This document shows positions 51,334-63,697 of a DNA stretch of 64,000 nucleotides, in pieces. The first letter of the stretch is position 1. Every line of letters starts with the position of its first letter. Location: NCBI GenBank assembly GCA_032718475.1, contig JAUCBJ010007613.1:62001-126000 (forward strand), read 5' to 3'. Under the pieces are notes generated by a model, which saw only the letters and a list, made by a program, of their open reading frames with translations, ran no database searches and was not told the DNA's origin. The stretch comes from Nemertoderma westbladi. Lineage: Eukaryota; Animalia; Xenacoelomorpha. The translations under genes and the position numbers were made by a program.

Positions 51334-51660
51334 TCAGTCTGGTTTGAACGCTTCCATTCCTTTAGAATTAATCACGGCTTCGTTTATTGAGTTTAAACCA
51401 TATGGCTCAAGCGTCTGCAAGTTTGTCTGGTAGTAACCTTCTTTTCTTCTCAGTGCCTGTTTCAATGTTTCGCTATTTAGATTTGTAACTCTCTCTATGG
51501 GTGTTATCCTAAAGTCGTTGAAGTTGTGGTCTGCTTGGATAAAGTGCTGGTCAATTTTACAAGATGGTTTCTTCTTGTTTGTTATTTGTGATTTGTAATT
51601 AGATATTCTTGCCTTGAAGTTCATTGCTGATCCGACTCCCTGTTTTCTGCATTTAATTTT
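51334..51660 (-). mobile_element. Penelope-like element 3' fragment, GIY-YIG endonuclease
   Basis: KCRKQGVGS..FKARISNYKS...IDQHF...HNFNDFRITPIE...RRKEGYYQTNLQTLEPYGLN, a typical PLE endonuclease C-terminus. Confidence 0.85.
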
Positions 51661-51775
51661 AAATCTATTAAATTTTACAATTTATAGGGGCCTACACATA
51701 TTGACATTGAGGTCAAATTTCACCTCATCGTGTTTTCTACCTGTACCATTCAATATCAACGAAAACCTTTTTTTG

Positions 51776-53325
51776 AATTTCAACTCAGTTCGCAAATCAG
51801 ATGTCATCAAATGGGCCCAAACTTAGATAGATACAAAAATTTTGATTTGGGGATGAAAGGAAATATTTAGCTAATTTAGCTAATAAAGCTAATTTAGAAC
51901 CGCAATGACCGATTTAGTTGTTGTAGACACCTTCAAAACAAGCATAGAGCGAATAGTGTTTGAGATATTTGTCAGGTATTTGTCAATATCGCATCAAGGC
52001 GCTAATTTTGACTTGTGCCGGACTTTACATTATCTGCTATATCTCAAAAACTATTCGCTCCAGGTAGGTGTCTCGGTAGGCTCGTAGGTGTCTACACCAA
52101 CTAAATCTGTCATTGCGGTGGGGCGTCCTCCAAGGAGACACACTTGCACCATTCTTGTTCATTATTGTGGTTGACTATGTTCTACGCATGTCCTTAGATC
52201 ATCATAATGAAGATGGGGTGATGATAACTCCACCTACTGGCTCCAGAAGTCGAGGAAATCCTGCCAAGTACCTAACTGATCTAGACTTTGCTGATGACTT
52301 AGGAGTACTCTCAGAATCATTAGAGGGAGCCCAGCGGCTCCTCAGCTCATTAGAACATGCTGCTTCTAGTGTTGGTCTTTTTATTAACTCCAGAAAGACC
52401 AAAATTCTGACAGTTAACTTTGAAAGTCCTCAGCAAGTCTCTGATCGGATGAGCATAAGCTCAAAGGATGGTATGCTTGAGCATGTGGACGACTTCTGTT
52501 ACCTGGGATCATGGATCCGGAAGTCAGGTGAGGACCTTCGAATACGTAAGGGAAAGGCATGGGCAGCCTTGAATAGGCTTTCCAGGATTTGGAAGTCACC
52601 TAGAATTAATCGGAAACTTAAGGTCCGATTATTTAGAGCAGCAGTAGTTCCAGTACTCCTCTACGGGAGTCCATGCTGGGCTCTAACTGCTGAGGACACC
52701 AAATCTCTGGATGGCACATTCACAAGAATGCTACGCCGGGTACATTGTGTCAAGTACAATGCACACATCTCCAACCAGACACTATATAACATTGGAGGTG
52801 TCTCATTGGTTCCCCCAAGCTTGACACTAGAACAAAATCGCCTCCGCTTTGCAGGACATTGCTTTCGCCGTGAGGACCAGCCTGTGCATAATCTTGTACT
52901 TTGGCAGCCTCATGGAGTGAATAAGCATGGTGGACAGCCCATGACTTTCTTGAGACGCATCTTAAAGGACACTGGCCTTAAAGATGCGGATGATCTAGCA
53001 AATGTCATGGGTGATAGGGAGTTGTGGCGGTGCAATTTTGTTGACAAGCCGGCACAGCATTCTTAAAAATGCAGCTGCAATGCAGCATGCCGATCCTAGT
53101 AGTAGTAGTAGTCATTGCGGTTCTATTGAGCATAAATATCACTGCAGTAGGAATAATATAAGTTGATGATCACAAAAATGGGGAATATGACTCACTTGCG
53201 CCAAGGATGGGAACTGGCCATGTGCCTGTGGGAATATTTCCTGTCATCCCCAAATCAAAATTTTGGTGTCTATCGAAGATTGGGCTCATTTTATGACATC
53301 TGATGTGCAAACTGAGTTTAAATTT
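51776..53325. mobile_element. Non-autonomous DNA element with ~80-bp inverted repeats, interrupted by an RTE
   Basis: 51776-51856 is inverted at 53243-53325. True termini were not determined. Confidence 0.55.
52120..53110 (+). mobile_element. 5'-truncated RTE LINE (RT C-terminal half) with TSD
   Basis: GVLQGDTLAPFLF and LDFADD; open frame to 53066; (TAG)n tail; TSD GTCATTGCGGT at 52109-52119 and 53111-53121. Confidence 0.92.
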
Positions 53326-53664
53326 GACAAGTTTTTTGGACCACCCCAACCCTCTTATTTACCTGAGGTCAAAATTGATCTCAAAGGAATCATCTGTTTG
53401 AGAAACGAAGGGTTAAGACCTCAGAAAAAGTTTAAATGACACAGCTAATGGTCGAGTACAATTCTGACAAGTTTCAGGTTAAACGGATTAAAGAAATGGG
53501 AGGACATTTAATGCTTAGACATGTAGCCATCTAGCGGGAGACTGTTGAACTATTGGGGTGAAAAGTCGCTAAATAATGTCAAGTTTTGGAGATATTTATG
53601 CCTCCAAATTTTCAATTCGACAGCTTTATTCCCTATTTTTACACTATATTCTAGCCAACAGAGG

Positions 53665-53978
53665 CATTGTCAATATACAGTAGGTAACGGTTATATTATA
53701 ATTACACATAATATATTCCTAGCTACTTTGGCATAGCCAATGAATGCACGCTTAATTGGTGGTAATTCGCCCCACCATTGGCTGATCTATCTTTCCTGGG
53801 CTAATGTACTGGCTTCTACCCTGGGATGAGCTGACACCTCTCCCCCTGGCTGACAATGTATATTGCCCAGGTGTGTCAGTGTGTGATATTATATTGCTAA
53901 TATCACATAGCCGATCATAATTGGTAAATTCCTTTCCCCATTATCCGCTGGGTGGTGCAGCGAATTGGATCTGCTAAA
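53665..53978 (-). repeat. Possible degenerate solo/partial LTR related to the Bel/Pao LTRs
   Basis: The end gggtggtgcagcgaattggatctgctaa resembles 4108-4137 and 8668-8698; internal cattggctga and cctctccc motifs are shared. Confidence 0.4.
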
Positions 53979-56429
53979 AATTTTTGTCCTAAAAGAAGAT
54001 AGAAATATCCTTACTACTCAACTGACAGCACAATATCTGTGTAGATTTGTTATTTTGTTTCTCTAAGATAGACGATTTCTGCAAATCCTTGACAAAAACA
54101 AATACTGTTTTTTGCATCAGATCTATCAAACATTCAGCAAGATATTGTAAATAAAAGTTAATTGAAATAGTGCAATTATACTTAAAAACCTACTAAAACA
54201 GTGGCACAGTGGAATAAGAGTAACATCAGTATGTGAGGTGTGAAAGTACTAACTATGAGCACTATTAAAATTAAAATTGAACTACAAGATACGAGATGTG
54301 GATCATACCAGTAACTACTGGGTAGAACTGAGTTATGAGTTCACAACCCATAGAGAGAGACTTAAACGAATGTGTGAAGTACCGGTACATGGTTTAGATA
54401 GAAAGTCAAAGTAGCAATAGGAACCAGCGGCCAAACCAAGGAGGTATCAGTGGTTGTGCAATCTATCAGTTTTTTCTTCCTTTTCTATTACCAATTTCCA
54501 GTTTTTACTTTCCTTTTTTATTAGGCCTACCACCAGACTTTACTTGCCGTTTTTTCTTACTGCAGAAAGAGAAAGAAAGAGTTCAGAAAGAGATAGCAGC
54601 GGCTGAGGAACAACGTTTCCTTTACCCTTTTCCCCAGGAAAACTGGGAGGAAACAGAAGATTTCAGGGAGGAACCGGTGTAAGTTTTAATTAATACTAAC
54701 ATTCCTTTATAATATGATATAATAAAATAGGTTAAAGCAATAAGCAGATTGAGTAGAAATTAATTTGAGTAATTACAATAATTTTAAAGTTATAAGAATT
54801 ACCAAGATGGCTATAAAGCAATTACTTAAATAATAAATTATTATTTAATTATAAAATAAATTATTTATTTTCTCATAGGCTAAATTATATTCTATCGCTG
54901 AGGGCTCAGAGTTAGTTTTCGCTGGAGCGAGCGAGATGGAAGGATTGGGAGCGCAGTTGTTCTAGAGCGATGACAGTTGGATCTCACTGTGAAAACGGAT
55001 AAATTAGTGTTACTAATGGGGGCTGATGAGTTATAATTCTATGGAGTGGAGAAAAAAAGAGTCATAAAGAACTTTATTTGTTTAATTATACTTTAGCTAT
55101 CCATACTTATTTTATTGTTTCTACGGTATAGGCCACCAGAAAACCCAGATTTGTACAATTGTGAACATATTTTATCAAATGTGTACCAGTGTAATGTTGT
55201 TGAATGGGACAATTGAACATAATTTTCCATCAAAGGATAAAAATTAATAGTTTTGAAACGTTTAGTAATCTGGAAACTCTCTATAGTTTGCCGCGAACTG
55301 TCGCTCATTATAGCTGAAAATGCGATAAGGATTTTGTTTACCTTTATTATAGTGTGCGGTTAATAGTGTCTAGTAGGCCCAGTTCTGGTCTTTCTCTGTG
55401 CCCTCTCGGTGTCAGACTAATGGCGTGACATCTTCCTGCACTAAATTAATTATTCAATGGTCTAGGCTCCTCCATTCACGTAGCCCATCCACTCCTATGC
55501 ACTCCATGGACCTCCATGTGGTCTTATATGTAGTTCTCTCTCTAGCAATATAGCCCATGTTCGCAATGTTACGCCCGGGGGGGGCTCTCTCATCCACCCA
55601 ATATAAGACATAGCGGCACACCGCACACAAAGCCTTTGTCGATCCCAGCAAGTTAGCCTCCTGTGTGATCTTTTATATCCAAATAATCTCTGATGGTTGC
55701 GCACAAAAATTTTGCTTACTATTACATAATTATATTAGTATTAGGACTATTTATCCTTAATAATTATATTAGAATTATAAATGTATTTACCCCCACATTA
55801 TTTATTACTATTAGGTCTATTTATTCAAGAAATTATATGTTTTTATAATATACTTTGGAATATTAGTCGACTAAGTCATAATTTGTAAAACTTTAAATAC
55901 GGGTTGAGTTATTTTATAAAGTTAAGAAGAATGAACCAATAGAGGGAGCCTGAAGTCTAATCTCTTGGCCTTTACTCACATTAACTCCCAAGGTTGCATA
56001 CTATCACTATAGCCAGGAGAGTCAAAGCTAGAGTGTATGCTAGAGTTAACCAAGAGCTACGAAAAAGAATAATGCCCTTCTAGGGTCCAAACTCACATCC
56101 CTACAATTAGAGAACTAAGCAAATGACCAGCTTGAAGGCCTTAGACCCTTAATCGGAGGCATCGAGCAGACAATGAGAGAGCAGATGCGAGTTCAGTGGT
56201 AAAGCCCATCCATAGTGAGATAGCGTTGCACTAGCTCTCAAGGATAGTTATACTCACCATTCAATTATCCCTCGCAAACCAGATTCCCTCAACATCTAAA
56301 GTATTCCACTTCAATGCAAAATATATAATGCAATATAACTCGAATATTTCTGTTTTTTATAATATAAATAATAATTGTAGCATAAATTTATAATTTAACA
56401 TAAATATAATGTGAAAATTCACTTTAACA

Positions 56430-56990
56430 TAGAGTAACTAAACTAAACACAAAATAGGATAAACAGATTGTCATGGGTTCAATCCCTACTCGCGACCAAT
56501 ATAAAACCAACACAAAATAAGTTAAACATAGAATAACTAGAGTACCTAAACTAAACACAAAATAGGATAAACAGATGGTCACAGGTTCGATCCCTAGTCG
56601 TATCCCGTTTTATGGAAAATAAACAGGAGGTCATAGGTTCAATCCCTATTCGCGACCATTATAAATCCAACACAAAATAAGTTAAACCAGGGTTCGAATC
56701 CTAGTCATGAAAATATAAAAAGTAAACATAGAATAACTAGAGTACCTAAACTAAACATAAAATAGGAAAAACATATGCTCACAGGTTCGATCCCTATTCA
56801 TATCCCGTTTTATGGAAAATAAACAGAAGGTCACGGGTTCAATCCCTACTCGCGACCAATATAAAACCAACACAAAATAAGTTAAACCAGGGTTCGAGTC
56901 CTACTAATGCAATTATAAAAAGTAGGTAACACGGATGGTCACGGATTCAAACCCTACTCACGGAAAAATAAAAACCAACACAAAATAAAT
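56430..56990 (+). repeat. 200-bp-period repeat carrying eight tRNA T-arm/B-box motifs
   Basis: GGTTCRAnnCC-like motifs at 56476, 56584, 56636, 56691, 56784, 56836, 56891 and 56943. Confidence 0.85.
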
Positions 56991-57033
56991 AATATAGTAA
57001 ACTTTCATGTATACCATAGTAAATAAACTAATT

Positions 57034-57571
57034 TTATAATAAAGTTTGTAAAATAGATAATGATCCGGGGAATTCACTGGCAGGACACATGGAAACGATT
57101 TTATTACTATGAAATACACTGAAATATGCACGTCCTATATATATTCTAATTACGCAAAATAATTTGGGGGTATAGCTAATAAATATTGCTTTATTATTAC
57201 TGTAATTGTATGATGTCCACATTTTTTCATTAATAATTATTAAATTACATAAATTATAATTTAAAATTAACACTTGGAAAAATAATAGTTTGTGTTTCGG
57301 TATTAAGTTTCAAATTTTGTAATTGCATACCGATAGTTTGTTTTAAATAAAGCAATTCACTAGCTAAATTATTGCACCGGCCTACAATTGTTACTGCACC
57401 GCTGGGAAATAGCATTAAAGTTGAATCGTCACCTTTGTAGATAAACATGTTTGGTTTTAATCAACTTTGACCTGTAATTTGCTGTGAAATTTTCTCTAGT
57501 TCAAATTTGGCAATGTTTTTTCCGGTAAACTGTTTATTGGTTATTTCTATTTTGTTGCTCAATTTCTTATT
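57034..57571 (-). pseudogene. TATA-binding-protein-like ORF (one stop, one frameshift)
   Basis: IEITNKQFTGKNIAKFELEKIS...STLMLFPSGAVTIVG resembles TBP repeat 1 ([20 protein letters not shown]...TALIFSSGKMVCTG). ISYTPKLFCVIRIYIGRAYFSVFHSNKIV resembles repeat 2 (SYEPELFPGLIY...LLIFVSGKVV). Confidence 0.65.
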
Positions 57572-57585
57572 CTAGAAAAATAAAA

Positions 57586-60500
57586 TTAAATCCTAGTAGG
57601 GGGGATTACTACTCGTTTCGCCGGTCTAACAAGCTTAGTGCTATAGTGCCCGTATGGTTTGCTGCTATATTTACTACTCCAATATGATTTCGTATCCCAG
57701 AGCGTTAGTGCCTTCTTATAGACATGACCAGTAAAAATTTGATGCTTTCTAGAAGTGAAGGTAGAGTTATAGCGGAAGAGCATTGCTTCGTTTTCAAAAC
57801 AGTCTGCATAATCCTCGTGTGTTAGTTGCTTAGCGACAACCGATCTAGATACACCTTTGGCGGTTTTCTTGATTGGGGCATCGTAGGATTGAAAACTATA
57901 GACCTTTGGTTTAAGGAAAACCCACTGTTTATACTGCAAACCGCAGCTCTCATCTTTTACGAAGCCGAGAGCCGCTTTGTGTTTAATGGTATAGAGTGGA
58001 TGTGTTATACTGTAGTTGGAAGTATCTAGGAAACCACCCTCAAACATTGCCCGTAGAAAGGTTAGCTGTGGTGTATTAGTTACGCTTAGCATTAGAGAAT
58101 CCGTGTCACCGGCTAGACAGCGAATCTGGCAACCCAGTTTTTGTTCTAGAGGCTTCAGTTTGTTGTAAAATAGATCGTACATCTGTAGCTTAGATAGATC
58201 TAGTATAGTGCAACTGATGAACACGCCCTGATTTAGGCAAACAGCCTCTTTAGTGAAAGTATGACCACTCAAGTTGGGGGTAAAGACAACAAACGATTCG
58301 TGGTTGGGGTTGGCTAAGAGCAAATCGCATTGTTCGTCGCTATTGCATAACCTGAAAGAAACGCGGTCTCTAACCTTTTGGAGGCATTTCCCATACAAGG
58401 CATTATTCATCAACTTATAAAATAGGACCTCGAATGGGTTATTTGCCAACTGTCTTTTATTCGTATTAAAACTAATGTAGTCCTTGAAAATATATTTTTG
58501 TGAGAAAGAGTAGACCCTGTGTTCTTGTGTAAGTTTAAGACCGAGCTCCAAATAGAGCTGAAGTAGCTTAATATGGATACCGTATTCAACCTTATTAAAC
58601 TGATGTAGTAGTAGCTTAGTACAGGTATCGTTGTATGGTCTACAGGTAGCCGTATCGGTGAGATTGTAATGCTCCCAAAGATCTTCCATGTATTCGCTAA
58701 GAAAGGATTTAGGGACTGACATCTTCTCCGCTCCTAGAGGCAGATCGGCGGTCAAATCGTGAATTTCTTTCGGGTAATGTAGATCAACTATGCAATAATA
58801 ACCAGTGTCCCCACTCGCGTCTACTGTAGCTAGGTCTATGGGGGTAGTTATGAGTTTAATATTAGCGTAGAGAAGTTTCTGGCTCAGGGCGCAGCCGTAA
58901 AGGTTATTCGCATCGATGGGAATTAGATATTTCTCGGGGAGACTGGAGTCGTAGTTGGGTTTATTGGGGATATTTGCGTCTACGGAATGTGTATTCAAGA
59001 ATACTAGACCACCCCTAATATTTGTTTCAAAGTCCAAGTAGATGGAAGCGTGTGATAGTAATTGAATTTCTGATTGCGTGAATTTCAGCGCCACGTCGTA
59101 AGTTAATCCTGGGGCATTGAAGTACATTACGGGCTCGAGTTCATAATTAGTAAGACAGAGGGATCGGAACTGCTCGAAAGTATCAGCCAATAGGGTAACG
59201 TCTAGAACCAAATAGCCAATCATATAGTCGAAGATTGTTGCGCAGTTTAATTCATCCCAAGTCCAACGCAAGAAGCCCCTCAATACTCCCCGCTATAATG
59301 ATCGTGATCGCGGACTTTGGTGCTGAGATTGTCATTGAGGTTTAAATTATGAGAATCGGGGGTTAAATTATAGTTGCAGACGTAGCATTGTGTAGTGTTA
59401 TTAAAGTCAGTTTGTTGGCTAGTAGTGAGTTGCATGGGGGCGTGCGTGTTTGTACTAGAAATGGACCAATCGTATAACTCCCTACAATGACTTTCCATAG
59501 TGGTTAGAAAGTCGCGCATTACGTGGTTACTGCCATCGTCACGGAAAATTTGAACATCTGTTTTAGGAGGGTTAATTAATTTCCTTTTTGGTACTGTATA
59601 AAAGGCTGCCGCGCTAGCTATATGTTTCTGTGGGAGTTTAATATTGTTTGTAGGTTCTAGAATAGTTTCAATGTCGGCGTATATACAGAAAGGCGGGGAT
59701 AGAGTCTTATCGTACCTGTCAAATTTAACCAAGAGATTTTCGGGCATATACTCGAGTTGGCGTTTACCCATATAGCAGCGCTCTCGATGTTCTTCCAATG
59801 ATTTGTCAGTGTAAAAGGCTCTGAGACAGCGTTCGCAGTGCGTCTTGTTGCCTTTAGAAGTAGCTTTTGTATTTATTAGTCTATCTATGCTAGTAATAGC
59901 TACGTAGTGGGCGGGGTTTTTGCTTGTGGCTTCGATAAATAATAAGTTTAGTACAGTTTTACCGGAACAGTGCGCTCTATCTGGTTGACTTAGAATGGAG
60001 AGTTCTTCCGTATTACTCCAATAAAGAAGGATTATGCAGTATATAGGGTTTGCTTTCAGAAACTGGGGAATACCAGTTACTCTGTCCACTGGAAACTTAA
60101 ATTGGAAAAATCAAACATGTTTAGGAAAGGAGTATACGTTGAAATTCTACTAATATTATTTTGTTTTCTATCAATTTTCTTATAATTTGCGGCGGCCAAT
60201 ACTGCGTATTTAAAGCATTCCCCCAGCGGGCAGTCTACGCTTACGGTACATTTTTTATTTAATAATAATTTAGAATTATTGAAGCCTTGACCCTTTAAAT
60301 AGGGGTTGCGTTGGGACTGCGCAATCTCAATAGTTATTCGCTCTATGGCTATTATGCGCCAACCCGAGCCGAGGCAGAGAAACACGCTTAACAGTTGATC
60401 GATACGATTGACGGCGCTAGAAAACCAGTTATTAAAGTCGCTATTATTTAGAATTTGATTATTGTTACCGCTAGATTTAAAACAGAATGATTCAATTTGA

Positions 60501-61126
60501 AAACCCTCGCTGGTTTCACGCTCCATTACGATCTTGATTGTAAGCCAGACTCTTAAAAAAGTTCCCAAAGCACTATGTAAATGGCTACTAACGTGTTCTT
60601 GAATATGTGGAAAATTTTCATTTAAAGTTAATTCAGCATCGAGTCTTGTTTCTGCGAGGTCATTGTTATAAGTAAACAGTCGTCCGTGTGCGCTTCCGTT
60701 GGAGGGGGGTTGAAAGGGATTGTTTGGGGAAATAGAGTTATAATCTCGCGAAGTTGAAGGTTCGTTATTGGAGCCGCCGCCGCCGACTTGTTCTGGAGTA
60801 GAGTTGATGGGGGATGAGTGGGAGGTAGCCAGAGTTTTGCGTTTCTGCGAAAAAAGACGAGTGTAGCATTCATGCTTAGTAAAGGATGATAGGGTGAGCG
60901 AATCCCCGCAGCGGCAATTGGCTGGCTCATTTACGTAAGTAAATCCTGTCCCCCCCTGAGGACACGATACCAGATGGCCAACCAGTGTCTTCTTTTCCAA
61001 GGACCAAGTCGGGCAACAGTCGCATCTATAATGCGCGAAATGAATTTTAATGTGGCGGGATAGAGTATCGCTCCGCATCTCTTTGTCGCAGATGGGGCAG
61101 CTAACTTTATTGGTAGACATAGGCAT
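57586..61126 (-). pseudogene. Protein-primed family B DNA polymerase (Polinton/Maverick/adintovirus-like), frameshifted and internally deleted
   Basis: Three consecutive ORFs: N-terminal C2H2 fingers; CFKYAVLAA; HYVAITSIDRL; CERCL; exonuclease IYADIET; CYVC...KVRDHDHYSGEY; then IDANNLYG, YKLMNNALYGK, AGDTDS and KGV. Confidence 0.92.
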
Positions 61127-61647
61127 CTTGAATCTAGAAAAATACGTTGATTATTAGTAAAAAATAAAAAATACTGTATACTTGCTAAAAATAAAGTAAA
61201 ACAGTAGGTATTAATTGGTTACTAGGCAACAATACTGTGTTTGTATAGTTATGCCTATTGCTGTATTGTAGCAATCAGTCAGTGAAACATAAAGCAGACA
61301 GTCGGCAGTGTCTAGTGTGGTAGTGTTAGTGTACCAGCGGTCAGATAGTGGCGATAACCAAGACATAATAGCGATGGCAGTTATTATTCGTGGAAAGAGG
61401 GTCTATAAACATCAGTCAGTCAGTGCAGTAGTGCTAGTGATATAGTCTGCTAGAGGTCAGACGTACCGGTAGCATTAACCAATACAAATCAACAATAGGC
61501 CTAGCTAATCGCTGTATGAGAACTCAGTTAGTCAGTAGGATATATAGTGAAAACTGCAGTATTCATTGTTGTTCAGTAGGGTCTATATCGCTACTACGAT
61601 GGCATTAGGCTAACTCGAATGATCCGGTACTGGTAGTCAGGTAGACA

Positions 61648-62441
61648 AGCAGATAGACAGATGTAGGCCTATTGATCGAATGCTTCGATAACGGTTTAGG
61701 CTATCGCTACCACCACAGTCTGACAGTAATTAATAATGAGCCTACTGCAATACTGTTGTACCGGTAGATAATAAATGTAAATTGTTTGCTACCGGCATCG
61801 ATAGTATAGCTAGATGGTGGAAGGCAGATTTTACTTACGGTGTTAGTAAATATTCACGGAAAGAAGAAGTTTGGAAGTTCGTGAAGAAGTTGGTTGACGT
61901 GGACGACGAGAGTGTTTATTTACCGATATAACGGAATGGTATCGGAAATTAGAAATATTGGAATATTACGCGATGGATACGCGGAAAGTTTGTTGTCGAC
62001 GATGAGCGTTAACGCGGCGAAATGACACTAGAAAAATAAGTTGATTATTTGTAAAAGGATAAAGAATACTGTAAGCAGATAGACAGATGTAGGCCTATTT
62101 ATTGAATGCCTCGATCACGGTTTAGGCTATCGGTACCACCGCAGTCTGACAGTAATTAGTAATGAGCCTACTGCAATACTGTTGTACCGGTAGATAATAA
62201 ATGTAAATTGTTTGCTAGCGGCATCGAAAGTATAGCTAGATGGTGGAAGGCAGATTTTACTTACGGTGGCAGTTAATATTCACGGAAAGAAGAAGTTTGG
62301 AAGTTCGTGAAGAAGTTGGTTGACGTGGACGACGAGAGAATTTATTAACCGATAGAACAGAATGGTATTGGAAAAATATTACGCGGTTATATGACGGATA
62401 CGTGGAAAGTTTGTTCTCGACGATAACGCGGCGAAATGACA
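61648..62441 (-). repeat. ~426-bp tandem duplication upstream of pPolB, each copy ending in a GTAAGT donor (putative leader exons)
   Basis: 61648-62027 matches 62074-62441. Minus-strand CC|gtaagt at 61838 and 62264. Confidence 0.7.
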
Positions 62442-63392
62442 ATAATACAACTGGATTGTTGACTGATGATAATAAATAAATATTCTTAATAAATAATAAT
62501 AAACTCGAAAACAAAATAATGGTAAATGATGTTAATCGTAACTTGCAAATGAAATAATGACGTAATATATTGGTGGGGATGTATTAAATAGCAATTCGGT
62601 TATTAAGGGGCCGTTATCTCTTAAATGAGCCAATCAGGGCGCAGCACCAATCGGATGGCTCGCTAATTGTGTGTTCATGCATAAGCGGTTACCAGGGCAA
62701 CTTCTCATGATGATGAATCTATATTAGAAAACTCCTGTAGGCATCTTGACTAATTATGTTGAGTTGACTGTATAACAGAAGCAGGTCTGGTGCAAAGGAA
62801 TGGGATTAGTAAAGAGGAATGCGTGTTTAGAGGCGCTTCATTGTTATGATACGGGCTGCCTGGATATAGTAAAGGACTCAAGTGATGCCGGCTATAGTGA
62901 GAACAAAGGAGGGCCGCTGGAACATTAGCCTTGGGCGATATTCGGATTTGGTGAAGTCAAGGTCGCGTTGGGATTATTAGTGAGTCATCAAAGGGGCTGC
63001 TAACAGACGGGATCGCTCATTTATATTTGCCTTGGGTGTATATGCATTCAATGCGTGTCGTATCTACTTAATGAATAATGAGGGCAGAGGAGGGGCCCCC
63101 GCCGATGAACGTAGTTGATAGTTGCCGGGAATGTGGTGAACGGGGGATGCAATAGCTAATTATAAAGTTAAATATAGACATTATGTCATAGTGATCTCAT
63201 TGGTAATATAAAAACTAATTAATCTAAAAATATAAATCAATGTATAAAGTAAAAGTAATACAATTAATTAATTTAAAATAAAGTACAAATGAATAAATAA
63301 AGTAAAATAGAATACAAATAATTAATTAAAATTAAATATAAATAAATAGGTATTAATGAATAAAAGAGCTGCGGTGTCACTTATGACACCCT

Positions 63393-63697
63393 CTTGAGCC
63401 GGCTCTGCGACAGTTAGACAACACTGATGACCCATTGTGTGTCAGGGCGCTAATCAGTCTGATTAATTAGGATAATCAATTAAACCCTAATTAGGAGTCA
63501 TATGACACCTGTCAGGGTTTAATTGTACTAATTAATTGATGACACCTGTCAATTATGGTCTAATTAGCCTAATTGGGAGGTGTCACCCAGACAGTCTGGC
63601 GTCAATGACACCCTATGACACCCATAGGGTGATAATTGGGGGTCATATGACACCCAATGGGTGTCAGTGTGGTCTAACTGTCGCAGAGCCGCCCAAG
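63393..63697. mobile_element. Foldback/MITE with ~45-bp TIRs and a 5-bp direct repeat ACCCT
   Basis: CTTGAGCCGGCTCTGCGACAGTTAGAC versus reverse complement CTTGGGCGGCTCTGCGACAGTTAGAC. ACCCT at 63388-63392 and 63698-63702. Confidence 0.7.

Noticed and set aside
56470-56960. Functional tRNA gene cluster
   Set aside because: Only variable-loop/T-arm/3' parts are present; no D-arm or acceptor 5' strand.
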